A stretch of 64,000 nt of DNA from a virus (IMGVR_UViG_3300033066_001827:2469-66468); one strand, 5' to 3'. Numbered from the stretch's first letter, positions 1-10,679 are shown. The notes: generated by a model not told the origin, from the letters alone. Translations and numbers: made by a program.

Positions 1-345
1 ATGTACTACCGGCAACACCGCATCAGCTCACGGTATGAATCGATTCTGGTGACTATTGGCGGATTCATGCGACCAATGATCTACGACGCATTCCTGGCGG
101 AGTGCCAGGTGTCTGCTGTAGACCCACAGCTTCAGGTAGGCCAGTTCAGCATGAAGTTCGTCTACCCCATGCCAGAGAACATTGTGGAAGTGCCACCGGA
201 AGAACCTGTTGATCCTCCAGAAGATCCTGATGATCCTGGAGAGCCTTTACCGCCTCCTTCCCCAGGCCAAGAAGGTTTCTTACCTGTGGATTACCCGTAC
301 GCTATTACCAACCAGGTAGCGTTTGCAAACTCCTTGCTCCCGTAG
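1..345 (+). CDS. Hypothetical tail/baseplate-region protein, probably 5'-truncated
   Basis: ORF at the window edge; beta-rich first half and Pro/Glu/Asp-rich tail (PPEEPVDPPEDPDDPGEP); co-oriented with the baseplate operon. Confidence 0.5.
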   Translation: MYYRQHRISSRYESILVTIGGFMRPMIYDAFLAECQVSAVDPQLQVGQFSMKFVYPMPENIVEVPPEEPVDPPEDPDDPGEPLPPPSPGQEGFLPVDYPYAITNQVAFANSLLP

Positions 346-847
346 GTGTCCTTTGGTCAACCACGTCAGAACTTTGCTGGCTAACCTGCCACCTCTGGCC
401 GGTATCGAGGATGGGGATGAGTACATTCCTTCTGCATTCGTTCCTGTGCCAGAGAACAGCATGTCTGTTGAACTGCGAAGAGTGCGACGGACTCTGTTTG
501 GCACTAATCCCTCCAGAGACTCCGTGAATGTCCGAGTAGCTGCTTTGTTGGCGATAGTTCACGCCGGGCCATTGTCGGCGTATTTGACTGCCACTGATCC
601 GCGTATCACCTACGAACCAGATGGTTCCGCTGTGTACGGCTCGGCGATCGCGGAAGCTGACAAGCTGTTTGACTTACCTGCCACGTTAGCTGCGCTTGGT
701 TTTTTAGGGGCGAACCAAAGCCGGTTTTTCACTAACTCGGTATACCGAGATGCGTGGTCAGACCCTGAGGACCTGTTCCGACAGACTGCGGCTATCGTAT
801 TGATGACTGCCCAGCACATGGAAACGGCAGGGGCTACTGCACAATGA
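323..847 (+). CDS. Hypothetical protein in the baseplate operon (true start probably slightly downstream)
   Basis: 174-aa ORF; ATGA stop/start overlap with the next gene. Confidence 0.55.
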   Translation: MQTPCSRRCPLVNHVRTLLANLPPLAGIEDGDEYIPSAFVPVPENSMSVELRRVRRTLFGTNPSRDSVNVRVAALLAIVHAGPLSAYLTATDPRITYEPDGSAVYGSAIAEADKLFDLPATLAALGFLGANQSRFFTNSVYRDAWSDPEDLFRQTAAIVLMTAQHMETAGATAQ

Positions 848-2622
848 CCAAGTATGACAAGCTACGAATTAACGTGCGACTGAAAGTCGAAGTAGGGGCG
901 CACCTGGGCGTACCGGAAGAGATTACTATTCCCGTGCAATCTGTGCGTTGTAACAGCGAAGAGAACGCCATTCCTTTTTGTTCGGTTAGCGTGGCAACAG
1001 GCCGAGACGTCGTCTACCCGGCTTCCTTCGATGGCCTGTCTCCAATTCACGTCAAAGGAAGACTGCTACGTCTGCCATCCCGCGCACAAGTAGACCTGAA
1101 GATCAAGCGAGAAGACAGCAAAGGCACCACTGTCCACGATTGGCCGGAGGATTGGTTCACAGTGTTTGAAGGTTGGATCTCCAACATCTCCCCAGATGTA
1201 GCGAGAGGCTCCAATTCCGTGCACCTGCAGCTTACACACTGGTTGTCAGACCTCGACTTCAGCAGTCCTTATAGCGAAGCAGTCCACCCCACAACCCCTG
1301 CCGACTTCTTGTTCAACGCTGCCATCACTAGCGGCACACGGGAAGACAGAGTCGTTGTTGGCGGCACTGCAGTTAACAAGGCTCTGGCATTTCTTGACTC
1401 GAACAGCCTGGCTCAAGACTTGTGGGATAACGAAGGATTATCCGGCTTGCGGCCATTCCTGGAGGCAATCTCTTCCGAGCGATTGTTCAACTGGCAACAG
1501 ATACAACGGTTTGTCGGGAGCGACCAGCAACCAAGCAAAGAGAAGCGCACCAATGAGCTGATGCAGAGAGCACTGGCTAAGTTTGAACCAATCTTTGACG
1601 AAGACTTAGGGTTTTCGTTCTACGAGTTGGGGCAACAGCTGAAGCTGAGGTCTGATCTGATCGCTTATCCGCAGATCCTTCAACGGTTTCGCAGTCAGTT
1701 TGCCATGGCTGCTTACAGCCCTTCTTTCCTGGGCGGCACGATGTGGGAGAAGCTCGTAGCCGGCTGGGCGGCTCAGTTCATGTTTTCCATTATTCCATTG
1801 GCGGACAGAGCCCTGACGGTCCCCTACATCCCGTGGAATAGTCGAAGCTGGACGATCATTCAAGAAGATGAATTTGACTCCATGCCGCAGACGTTTCAGT
1901 CTCGCCGGCCTATCCGTGCTGTAGCTGTTATTGGGACTTTCGGCACCTTGACTGGGATGGACGCTAAGAAACAGCCAGGTGCCCCTCAGAACAGCAAACG
2001 ACAGGTGATGGGCTATTACGAGCCGAAAGCCTCAGCCACGAATGCTTCACTGGAAGGCATGACGATATACGTTGAGGCTCCGGCCTGGATAAATGACCCC
2101 ATTCTACAAGGCATGTCCGGGCAGACTGCCCGTAAAGACGGAAAGGTACCGCTAGCTCAAAACCCAAAAGGGCCAAAGCTCAAGGAAGGGGAAGAGCCAG
2201 TAGCAAAGACAGTTGAGGATAAGGCCAAGTCTGCTGTGGCCCTGGCGAACGCCTTGGCGAAGGCTACCTACCTTCAGGAAGCCACCCGATGGCGGCAAGG
2301 AGTCATTTCCACAGCGCTACGATTCGACATCTGCCCGGGTTCTTCCATCCGCATCCACTCTTCTCCAGACAAGCTGGTAGCGGCTTTGCTTGAGTCTCGA
2401 GGCGAGGATCGAGCCGAAGGCTATATCGCGCGTGTCGCCCGGGTGAGCTGGGAAATTGATATCAGCGGCAGCCAGCCTATGGCTCAAACCGTCTTTCACC
2501 TTGCTTACCTTCGGTCGTTTCAGGAAAATGACGACGAAGCCTTTGCCGATGACGAACACCCGTTGTGGGAAAATACATGGACCGGAGCCCCCTTGATCAA
2601 TCTGCCGGAGTTTCGCCAGTAA
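844..2622 (+). CDS. Putative baseplate hub protein (gp27/gpD/Mu gp44-like)
   Basis: 592 aa; beta-rich N-terminus and C-terminal ...GVISTALRFDICPGSSIRI...RVARVSWEI... pattern typical of hub proteins; upstream of gp25-like and baseplate-J genes. Confidence 0.55.
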   Translation: MTKYDKLRINVRLKVEVGAHLGVPEEITIPVQSVRCNSEENAIPFCSVSVATGRDVVYPASFDGLSPIHVKGRLLRLPSRAQVDLKIKREDSKGTTVHDWPEDWFTVFEGWISNISPDVARGSNSVHLQLTHWLSDLDFSSPYSEAVHPTTPADFLFNAAITSGTREDRVVVGGTAVNKALAFLDSNSLAQDLWDNEGLSGLRPFLEAISSERLFNWQQIQRFVGSDQQPSKEKRTNELMQRALAKFEPIFDEDLGFSFYELGQQLKLRSDLIAYPQILQRFRSQFAMAAYSPSFLGGTMWEKLVAGWAAQFMFSIIPLADRALTVPYIPWNSRSWTIIQEDEFDSMPQTFQSRRPIRAVAVIGTFGTLTGMDAKKQPGAPQNSKRQVMGYYEPKASATNASLEGMTIYVEAPAWINDPILQGMSGQTARKDGKVPLAQNPKGPKLKEGEEPVAKTVEDKAKSAVALANALAKATYLQEATRWRQGVISTALRFDICPGSSIRIHSSPDKLVAALLESRGEDRAEGYIARVARVSWEIDISGSQPMAQTVFHLAYLRSFQENDDEAFADDEHPLWENTWTGAPLINLPEFRQ

Positions 2623-3332
2623 GTCTGGCGGATGTGCATAAAACCTGGCTGAGAGATCCAAATCTCGACAACACGTCGACTCTGCTCAATCGCCTTCGCC
2701 CGACCATTCAAAAGGGCATAGCTGCTCACGTAGGGCATAACGCCTCACCAACGATCGTCAGTCGTGCCAAGATGTTGGCATTAGACCATGCTCGCTCCTA
2801 CGACCCCAGCTCCGGGGCTTCTCTTCCTACCCACGTCTTTAACGGCATGCAGGGGCTCAAGCGATACGCGAGCCGGGAAGGGATGGTGATCTCTATGCCT
2901 GAGAGGTTGCTGCTGCAGAAGAAGCAGCTGGACCGGGCACACAATAATTTCCGATCGGAGAACGGGCGAGATCCTTCCGATGACGAGCTTCGCCAACACT
3001 CAGGGCTAGCTACGCGAGATATTGAACGCATCCGTAGGCTGCCCAATACCATCAACGAAGGGCGTTTCTACCAGGACCTGGGCGAGGATTCTCCAGGGCT
3101 GCCTGCGGTAGAGCAGGGCAGAGAGGCTGTCGATGCTTGGCGGGACATGATTTACCACAGTGCCTCTGAGCCCGACAAAGTCATCCTTGAACATACACTA
3201 GGCCTCGCAGGTAAGCCGGTGCTGGACAACACAGGCATCGCCGCTCGACTAAAGATCTCGCCTTCAGCTGTGAGCCAGCGTAAAGCGGCACTCCAGCAAC
3301 AGTTGGATTCGTACTACAGCTTGAGGACATGA
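2565..3332 (+). CDS. Sigma-70-family RNA polymerase sigma factor (phage-encoded, probably late)
   Basis: Region 2 YDPSSGASLPTHV, region 3 GRDPSDDELRQHSG, region 4 HTH IAARLKISPSAVSQR; true start probably ~2630. Confidence 0.85.
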   Translation: MGKYMDRSPLDQSAGVSPVSLADVHKTWLRDPNLDNTSTLLNRLRPTIQKGIAAHVGHNASPTIVSRAKMLALDHARSYDPSSGASLPTHVFNGMQGLKRYASREGMVISMPERLLLQKKQLDRAHNNFRSENGRDPSDDELRQHSGLATRDIERIRRLPNTINEGRFYQDLGEDSPGLPAVEQGREAVDAWRDMIYHSASEPDKVILEHTLGLAGKPVLDNTGIAARLKISPSAVSQRKAALQQQLDSYYSLRT

Positions 3333-3847
3333 TGATAGACGCGCTGGACCCTATTTTTATTGACAATCTGAAGAGCCTGACTGATGTCAGTCGCGAAATG
3401 TACCAGCAGCACAAGACTGGTCGCGGCGGGATATGGTCGTTGCCGCCAATCCCTGAGACCGGCTGGCAGGGTGACCTTTTCGATTTCACGACTATGGCGG
3501 ATGCCTTTTCCCGGGCCGACCTGGAGAAAGATTACGTCGATGTTATCGCCAATGCAATCCTAGACGACCCCGACAGTGAGGAACCTCCCGCTGATGACGT
3601 TCCTCCGGAAGAACTTCTCGAAGAAGCTAAACGAGGAACAATGGCCCAGTTGGCCGCGATCAAAACTCAGGCTGCCTGGCTTTCTCAACGGGAGAGAGCC
3701 TTTCGGGCTAGGCATGCGACTCCGATCATGGCAGAGTGCTTCGCCGCGGCTCGCCGGAAAGGGCATGGCCTGGACGATGAGAACTCGTCTGGCATATTCG
3801 GAGTAGTCTTAAACTACACCAGCCAAATACTCAATTACGGGAAGTAA
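3329..3847 (+). CDS. Hypothetical protein, baseplate operon
   Basis: 172-aa ORF with ATGA overlap to the sigma gene. Confidence 0.55.
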   Translation: MMIDALDPIFIDNLKSLTDVSREMYQQHKTGRGGIWSLPPIPETGWQGDLFDFTTMADAFSRADLEKDYVDVIANAILDDPDSEEPPADDVPPEELLEEAKRGTMAQLAAIKTQAAWLSQRERAFRARHATPIMAECFAAARRKGHGLDDENSSGIFGVVLNYTSQILNYGK

Positions 3848-3848
3848 T

Positions 3849-4244
3849 GTGGCCAAAGATATCCTCATACTCCCTGACACCGTGTCGTATAACGGCCTCG
3901 TCTCCGGGGATGACGCCATCGTTCAGGATTTCTTGTTGGCCCTGCTGAATTACGGTACGCAGGCACCTTACACGCCAAAATCCCCCAACCTACCCATCAC
4001 CAGGCTACTGTCTTCCGGGTCCAACACTCCCAGCAATAGCGAGGTAGCCCAGGCGTTCAACATGTCCCGACCTGGCCTAAGAACCATCATGTCGGGAGTG
4101 AATAGTCGTTACCGAGATGCTAGTTTAATGGGAGTCAGTCGGACTTCTACACCAGGTGAAGTGATCCTGACGATCCAGATACAAACGAACTCGCAACCAG
4201 TCTACCTGCAGCGCACCTTTACTTTCGGACTCAACGATGGTTGA
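3849..4244 (+). CDS. Baseplate wedge gp25/gpW-like protein
   Basis: 131 aa; IVQDFLLALL helix and C-terminal beta strands; immediately upstream of baseplate J. Confidence 0.55.
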   Translation: MAKDILILPDTVSYNGLVSGDDAIVQDFLLALLNYGTQAPYTPKSPNLPITRLLSSGSNTPSNSEVAQAFNMSRPGLRTIMSGVNSRYRDASLMGVSRTSTPGEVILTIQIQTNSQPVYLQRTFTFGLNDG

Positions 4245-5889
4245 TCTTTACCAACTGCCGAGCCTGAAGAACCTTTCTCAGGATGAAGTCGATCAGTCGG
4301 TCGACCTCTTGACTGAGCGGGTGACAGAGTTCGCTCCTGACATTGATTTCAATGCCCAGGCTGCTCGCCGGCTGATTCCTTATCTGCATGGCTTGCTGTT
4401 TGCGGGGACTATTAAGAACCTGACTACTGACCTGGCAACAGCGACATTGGCTGCTGTCCAGGCTGGTACCGCCAGCGATGAGCAGGTTGACCAGGTTGCG
4501 GCAAGATTCGGTGTTACTCGTCGGGCAGCTGTAGCCAACCAGATCAGCGTTTTGTTCATCATGAACAGCTCAGTCCCTTTCGGCCTGGCTACCAGTGATG
4601 TTTTCTCTTTCAACGGTGTCACGTTCTCCGTTGCTTCGTCTATCAGTGTCAGATCCTCCAGTGCCACCACGTCCAGCCCCAATGACTACGTTCTGACTCA
4701 GATTGGTAACGGCAAATGGGGTGTAGTTGTTCCAATGACAGCTCGCCTGACCGGAGCTGCTGGAAATGTGTTCCCCAACTCCACACTGTCGGCGTCTAAG
4801 ACGATCACAGGGTTAAACAGAGTCTCCGTGCTGTCCTCGACTGGAGTTGGGGCAGACGCAGAAACCAGTGCTCAAGTAGCTGCTCGCATCCTGGCTGCCA
4901 GCTCAATTGTGACTTGGGCCAGTCGCTCTTCGTTTGAGGCGATCGCTCGCAAGAATGCAACTTACAGTAGTCTGGTGGCGGTGTCGGTGGCCGGGTACGG
5001 AGACACTGAACAACGACGAGATCGCAGAGGAGTACTACCTGTCTCCTATGGCGGTAAAACTGACGTTTACTGCAAGTTTCGCCCAAGTCTCTACTCTGCT
5101 CAAGTACCAGTTACTGCGGTATTGACCGGTAAGACTGGCACTGTCGGGACATGGAGCTTCACGCTAAATGGCCAGACTTACCCGGGTGTTTACCGGGTGG
5201 AGAGCATAGTTCCTGAAGATGACCAGTCTGGCAATACGTTTGCTCCTAACTCTGAAACAACCAGCCTGGGCGTGCCTGCTGCAGTAGTCATCCCTCGTAA
5301 CCAGACAGACCGGTATGTCCCAGACGTGGTGACAGCTGATGAGGCTGCCTATTCTGCGTATGCCAATGTCACTGTGTTGTTTGACGACACGAATTTCGAT
5401 GCCACCTCGACAACGGTAGGCACCTCCAGGAACTACTTGGCCACGATTTACTATGAGCCATTGGTGGACTCCTTCCAGCAGCTGCTCGGAGGATTGGCTG
5501 CCTCCAACCCGGCCGGGGATGTGCTGGTGAAAGCTGCCATTCCTTGTGAAGTGGTGTTGAGCTTGCGAGTTGCGGTTTACAAGGGCAGCACAGCCCCGTC
5601 GGCCTCAGCTATCCGATCTGCCGCAATAAACTTTGTTGCTAGCCTTGGCTTCGTGGGCGGTATTAGCGCTTCGGACATCTCCACTGCTATTGGCAAGGCT
5701 TTGGCTGTACAGGGCACGATCTCAGTACTGGCCCTGTCAGGTCGCATTAAGAAGCCAGATGGCTCGTACCTGGCGATCGACTCGATAGACGGCACACTCA
5801 CGCTGCCGGACTTAGCTGAGGAGATGGTCAGTGGCAACACGGTGGCGTTTTACACAGACACCAACCACACGAGCGTGACTATCGTATGA
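4237..5889 (+). CDS. Baseplate J / gp47-like wedge protein
   Basis: VDQVAARFGVTRRAA, GADAETSAQVAARI and VSVAGYGDTEQRRD...GGKTDVY patterns; 550 aa. Confidence 0.85.
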   Translation: MVDLYQLPSLKNLSQDEVDQSVDLLTERVTEFAPDIDFNAQAARRLIPYLHGLLFAGTIKNLTTDLATATLAAVQAGTASDEQVDQVAARFGVTRRAAVANQISVLFIMNSSVPFGLATSDVFSFNGVTFSVASSISVRSSSATTSSPNDYVLTQIGNGKWGVVVPMTARLTGAAGNVFPNSTLSASKTITGLNRVSVLSSTGVGADAETSAQVAARILAASSIVTWASRSSFEAIARKNATYSSLVAVSVAGYGDTEQRRDRRGVLPVSYGGKTDVYCKFRPSLYSAQVPVTAVLTGKTGTVGTWSFTLNGQTYPGVYRVESIVPEDDQSGNTFAPNSETTSLGVPAAVVIPRNQTDRYVPDVVTADEAAYSAYANVTVLFDDTNFDATSTTVGTSRNYLATIYYEPLVDSFQQLLGGLAASNPAGDVLVKAAIPCEVVLSLRVAVYKGSTAPSASAIRSAAINFVASLGFVGGISASDISTAIGKALAVQGTISVLALSGRIKKPDGSYLAIDSIDGTLTLPDLAEEMVSGNTVAFYTDTNHTSVTIV

Positions 5890-7340
5890 CGACCAAATAT
5901 CGAAGTGATGAGATATCTGAACGCGATTACGCCAGACCATTGGTCCCGGCGTTGGGTACTTATTTCGCCACGTTGGCCGAGGACAAGCAGTACTACGAGG
6001 GGCTGTGCCGTGGACTTGTTGCTGGGTTTGTAGAACCTTGGCGATTGATTGAGTCGTCCAAGCAATCAGCCGATCCCAACCAGGCTGATGTCGAATTTCA
6101 GTGGCAGCGAAGACTGGCTAAGCTCAGCCAGGCGGATAAAGTCCGTTGGTTTGACAACACTATTCGTTTCCCCATGCCTGCTGATGTGACTTCCGCACAG
6201 TTTATTGGTTCCTCGGCGTCATTAAGGGAAGCGCTTTTCTTCAGGGGGATCGATTTCGAAATAGTACAGCAGAGCGATAGTTTCTGGCTGTCTTTCGCCC
6301 AAGATCCGTTTTTGGACAGCAGATTTACTGTCGAGAGTGAATTGGCAGAAGACAACACGATCTCGAACAGTGTCATCCGGCTATGGCTCGCAGAGGCCGG
6401 CTCTGGCATTTACCCTCTTGAACAGAACTGGGCAGCTGCCTTCGGTATGCAGGCACGTTCGGAAGCAGACAGGGCTTTCCTGCAACAGTTGTTTCTTGGG
6501 CTTGGTAGCGGTCCTGCAGCTTCTTTTATGCAGATCGGGGCTGGCAGAGCCTTCGGTCATCCTGTTTGCGAGATAGATGGTGAGATCGTAGAAGACGTTG
6601 CGCACGATCGCCGTGGCTGGCTTGTAGTCACAGATCAGTCGGCATACCGATACCCTGAAGAAGCTGAAATCATCGTAGCGACAGGAGACACTCTTCGCCT
6701 GGGGCAACCTCTAAGCTCAGCTGTTCGCTGGTACGACTTAGCCAGAGGGGCTGTACCCGACCTACCAGGGCTAGCTGTCAGTAGCCACGATCTAGGAGCT
6801 GGCTACCACGGTGGGCTTGTTTTCCCTAACGAGCGCAAAGAGCTATTGGTCACATCCCAAGCCGACCGAACTAAGGTATCTGTTGAGCTAGGCGGTAGCG
6901 AAGAAGATCAAACCTTGTTCTGGGATGAAGTGCATACACGAGGGGTAGCCGGTGGCGTGACCCTGGCAAACTATCTGGATGTCCGGCCCAACCCGGTGGG
7001 CGAACCCACAGCTTACAACTTGCCAACAGAGCTGAACCCCTACGAGTTTTTTGTCTCGGAAGTCCTGCGTTACCACACAGTACTTGTGGACTTAGATTAC
7101 TCGCAGGAACTCAGTTATCAGGGAGCTGTGTTCCTCAGCCGTTGGCGTCACGCCATGCCGGCTCATCAGGCCATCCACTCTTTCAGTCGAATGTCCGTTG
7201 ACGACCATGTTGTTGACGTCATTCTGGAAGCAGACACAGAACCAATGCTGGGATTGGCTATGTCGGTCGAAGGTGGCTATTATGCTCTAGGTACCCAGAC
7301 GTCCGCGGGCGGCAGTCCTGTCATCGCACAAGAGGCTTAG
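5886..7340 (+). CDS. Putative baseplate wedge subunit (tail protein I/gp48-like position)
   Basis: 484 aa directly after baseplate J with ATGA overlap; call rests on synteny. Confidence 0.5.
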   Translation: MTTKYRSDEISERDYARPLVPALGTYFATLAEDKQYYEGLCRGLVAGFVEPWRLIESSKQSADPNQADVEFQWQRRLAKLSQADKVRWFDNTIRFPMPADVTSAQFIGSSASLREALFFRGIDFEIVQQSDSFWLSFAQDPFLDSRFTVESELAEDNTISNSVIRLWLAEAGSGIYPLEQNWAAAFGMQARSEADRAFLQQLFLGLGSGPAASFMQIGAGRAFGHPVCEIDGEIVEDVAHDRRGWLVVTDQSAYRYPEEAEIIVATGDTLRLGQPLSSAVRWYDLARGAVPDLPGLAVSSHDLGAGYHGGLVFPNERKELLVTSQADRTKVSVELGGSEEDQTLFWDEVHTRGVAGGVTLANYLDVRPNPVGEPTAYNLPTELNPYEFFVSEVLRYHTVLVDLDYSQELSYQGAVFLSRWRHAMPAHQAIHSFSRMSVDDHVVDVILEADTEPMLGLAMSVEGGYYALGTQTSAGGSPVIAQEA

Positions 7341-7341
7341 A

Positions 7342-7866
7342 ATGTCAGCTACCTATGTGAAATCGGTTCGATCTGGGCTGGCCTTGGCCAAGCAAATGCG
7401 AGGTGACAACACCTATCGCATTAATTGCGTCTACATCGAATACCAAAATCTGGCGTTACCTGGGGACACGGCAGTCCTTCCTGCCAGCAGCACCTTCGAT
7501 GGCCTCGAATACTTCAACAACCTAGCCTCGGATTACGACTTTATCCGCGCTCCACTAATCGGAGAACCAGCTCTACGAATTGCCTCTGGCTACACCCCCT
7601 ACTACGGGGAAGGCGAAGGTAACACTTTGGACTTTGTCGCAGCTTCTGCTGCCATACTGGGAGAGCTAGGTCGCCCATTCACGAATGCAGACAACTCCAA
7701 AGTTTACGGTGTTGCGTTGGTAGCAGCTCCTGACTGGACTGACCGCTCTCGCGACATCATCATTGAACGAGCATACTTCTCTGATGTAGGCGAGCAGATC
7801 CTTCGGCCTGAGACTGGCACTTTCTTCGTCGCTTACCCGATTACGTTTGGAGATGGAAGTGTATAG
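7342..7866 (+). CDS. Hypothetical baseplate/fibre-attachment protein
   Basis: 174-aa ORF between the wedge and fibre genes. Confidence 0.5.
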   Translation: MSATYVKSVRSGLALAKQMRGDNTYRINCVYIEYQNLALPGDTAVLPASSTFDGLEYFNNLASDYDFIRAPLIGEPALRIASGYTPYYGEGEGNTLDFVAASAAILGELGRPFTNADNSKVYGVALVAAPDWTDRSRDIIIERAYFSDVGEQILRPETGTFFVAYPITFGDGSV

Positions 7867-8968
7867 CACCATCCGCTATCTGACCGCACAGGACGTGTCC
7901 CCACTCCAGCACTCGGTTCTTAACCGGCCGCTGACCGATTTGGCGCGCAACCTCGAGCACATCAAAAACGTCGTAGACGCCCTGGTGGCTTCTGACAATT
8001 TGCTGGAAGGGAAGGCATGCTCCAGCACAGTAGCTGTCGGCGTTCCGGTGGGCTGGAATGCTGCTTCCAGCCGATTTGAGCCGGCCTTGGCGGGAACACG
8101 CACATCTTTGGGCGTGTGCGTTAGTAAGGATAGCGACACGCTATGTTCCATAAGAATCCTGGGCTACGATCAGATCGACCTGACTGCCTCGACCGGCTCC
8201 GCAGCCCCTTCTGCCGGGCTCTACTACCTGTCTCAGACAGTAGCTGGCACGTTGACCACTGTTCGGCCTGACTCAGGCGTGCAACAGCCTGTACTCTACG
8301 CAGATGGCCAAGGCGGTGTTTACCTGCTGTATGGCGAATACATGCCTCTGCCCGGCCCGGTTGGCTCCACAGGGGCTACAGGTGCCGTCGGGGCCACCGG
8401 AGCAACAGGAGCGCAAGGTCCGACCGGTCCAGCAGCCTTGCCCTCTTTTGCCAGTGGCCAATGGTATGCCGGGCCGCTCAACTTCGCTGCCGGCGGAAAT
8501 AACCACAACTACGCAGCTAACAAGATCATCGCTGTACCGTTCGCAGCTCCTGGCGGTGCAGTCCTTTCCGATCTGGCTGTTCACGTCATGGGCGCCGGCA
8601 ACCCGGGGGATGAGGGGCGACTTGGCATCTATGTCGACAATGGCAATTACCCAGGTGCTCTGCTCACAGCTGCCAATGGCGTCTACAACGCAGCCAGCGC
8701 AGGAGCCAAGGTGGTATCGATCAACAACACCACGATCCGACCAGGTCAGCTGGTGTGGTTGGTGACGTTGATTAATTCCGGAGCCTTTGGCCTGCGCTCC
8801 ACGACTTGCACGCAGGCCTGGGCCTTTAAGGGCTGGGAAAATGGCCTGAGAGAGCCGACCATCGGTTACATGGCCGACAAGGCTTATGGCTCGTTACCGG
8901 GATCGTTTCCCCTCAACGCAGACGAGATCATTGACCTTATCCCTACGATATTCGCCAAGGTGAATTAA
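7847..8968 (+). CDS. Tail fibre protein with a collagen-like Gly-X-Y segment
   Basis: GPVGSTGATGAVGATGATGAQGPTGP (about 9 triplets) between an N-terminal anchor and a beta-sandwich-like C-terminal domain. Confidence 0.7.
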   Translation: MEMEVYSTIRYLTAQDVSPLQHSVLNRPLTDLARNLEHIKNVVDALVASDNLLEGKACSSTVAVGVPVGWNAASSRFEPALAGTRTSLGVCVSKDSDTLCSIRILGYDQIDLTASTGSAAPSAGLYYLSQTVAGTLTTVRPDSGVQQPVLYADGQGGVYLLYGEYMPLPGPVGSTGATGAVGATGATGAQGPTGPAALPSFASGQWYAGPLNFAAGGNNHNYAANKIIAVPFAAPGGAVLSDLAVHVMGAGNPGDEGRLGIYVDNGNYPGALLTAANGVYNAASAGAKVVSINNTTIRPGQLVWLVTLINSGAFGLRSTTCTQAWAFKGWENGLREPTIGYMADKAYGSLPGSFPLNADEIIDLIPTIFAKVN

Positions 8969-9700
8969 GTGGCTGACAAGATGTCGTTGATTTACTCGCT
9001 GGACATCCCAGTCGATTTCACTTGCCGACCAGGTGGTGGAATCGATGTTCATTACATGCGCGTCGAGTTTCCTGCTGGGGTTAAACTGGAATCACTTCCT
9101 CCTCGAGCACTAGAGTGTTGGCCCAAACTCCCGACCACAATCATGGTCACCGAACTACACAGGTTGGTTGACCAGGCCGACGCCGATGTACCAGAGTTCT
9201 CAACCCCAGGCCCGGACACTCCTACTGGTGAGGTCTTAGGCTACGTCAAAGCAGAGTATCAGGAATCTCTTTACCAGGCTCGCTACGAACCTTATAGCGA
9301 AGACAGGTCCACCACTGAATACGTCGAAGCCACCACCAGGGTTGCACGACTGGTGTGTGAAGACGGTAATCCCCCTATTGCAGTGGCGGACCCATTTGGC
9401 GGCATCACCCACGTTTGTCGGAATGGGGGCACACCTTTCATTCAAGAAACAGACGAACTTGATACTAATGGGCCGTTGAACCTTCCACACTACAACCCTG
9501 TTGATATTTCCCGACCAGTTGACGTTTATCGCGTAGTCGTGTCTTCTCAAGAGCGGTACCTCAATATCCCATTGCCAGCCATTGGCTGTTGCGATGGAGA
9601 TTCCAGCACTACTGTTGATCCTTCGTCTACAACTACAACAACGACAACTACTTCATACGAGCCCAGCACCGCAACAACTGAAGAAACTCTACCTCCTTAG
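8969..9700 (+). CDS. Hypothetical virion protein with a Ser/Thr-rich C-terminus
   Basis: Ends SSTTVDPSSTTTTTTTTSYEPSTATTEETLPP; abuts the fibre gene. Confidence 0.6.
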   Translation: MADKMSLIYSLDIPVDFTCRPGGGIDVHYMRVEFPAGVKLESLPPRALECWPKLPTTIMVTELHRLVDQADADVPEFSTPGPDTPTGEVLGYVKAEYQESLYQARYEPYSEDRSTTEYVEATTRVARLVCEDGNPPIAVADPFGGITHVCRNGGTPFIQETDELDTNGPLNLPHYNPVDISRPVDVYRVVVSSQERYLNIPLPAIGCCDGDSSTTVDPSSTTTTTTTTSYEPSTATTEETLPP

Positions 9701-9710
9701 GGTTGATGGC

Positions 9711-10679
9711 GTGCCAGTACTAACAGACAGGGAAAAGCGAGCTCACTGCACGACTAGAACGGCCATCAGCGGGTTTGGTGGGGTTGCTAACAAACCAGCG
9801 TGCGAGCCTGGTGAGCCTACTGGTGACCCGTACAGGGTGCGCTGCCGTTATCCGCTTCCTCGTTACATTGTGGTGTCGTGGTCCACTTCTGAGGACAGAC
9901 CATCGTGGCTGCCTCCAGAAGCTATTCCTCCTGACCCGTTCAACCCCTCTGCAGACATCATCACGACCACTGTGACGCCTTCTGGTGAGGACCCCTCGGT
10001 CCTTTCTTTGTCGTTTCGGTTGAACGACGCGATCGCCAATGAGTATTACGACTACGTCAAAGTCAGCTCGCCCGCGACAGCTGACCCTTTGCTAATCAGC
10101 ATGCAGCCAGATCTTTATAGCCTGGAGAACGCGATCTTTGGTAAGACCTTGAATGTGACAACGACCACTGTGAAACGAGTGGTTTACAACGGAGGTCCAT
10201 TCTTTGGCTTTCCTCCGGAAATAGGCACTGTGTTGTGCCAGGAAACATTGACGGATACCTGTCAGCTTCGCCAGGTGATTACTGGGGCTATCTCCGTACG
10301 GTGCAATCGTTTTTACTACAAACCTAACGGAGACCCGGACTTTCCTGTGTCTGGTTTCGACTCTCCCAATATGCTCCTGGAAGTCAATGGGGTTATAGCG
10401 GCAGGCTTGGCGACAGCTGATATCACGATGAACCCTAAAGACCCGCTAGTCCGTCACATGTTCCTGGCTGGATTGCTCCCTTACAACGGGACCCCGGCCA
10501 GTTGCATAATCCCTGGCCCGCCCAATCTAGGCATAGGTTGGCCGCGCTATGGAAGAGGCGAATTTACTGGTAAATTGATGATTAACGGGCAAAGCCAGAA
10601 TGTCACCGGATCGGCTCTGCATGGGTTTCACCCGAACATGGGCGGGGCGACGGTCAATTTCAGCCTCGGCTTCGCCTAG
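9711..10679 (+). CDS. Hypothetical Cys/Pro-rich virion-region protein
   Basis: ORF 9582-10679; GTG at 9711 chosen to avoid overlap with the upstream gene. Confidence 0.55.
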   Translation: MPVLTDREKRAHCTTRTAISGFGGVANKPACEPGEPTGDPYRVRCRYPLPRYIVVSWSTSEDRPSWLPPEAIPPDPFNPSADIITTTVTPSGEDPSVLSLSFRLNDAIANEYYDYVKVSSPATADPLLISMQPDLYSLENAIFGKTLNVTTTTVKRVVYNGGPFFGFPPEIGTVLCQETLTDTCQLRQVITGAISVRCNRFYYKPNGDPDFPVSGFDSPNMLLEVNGVIAAGLATADITMNPKDPLVRHMFLAGLLPYNGTPASCIIPGPPNLGIGWPRYGRGEFTGKLMINGQSQNVTGSALHGFHPNMGGATVNFSLGFA

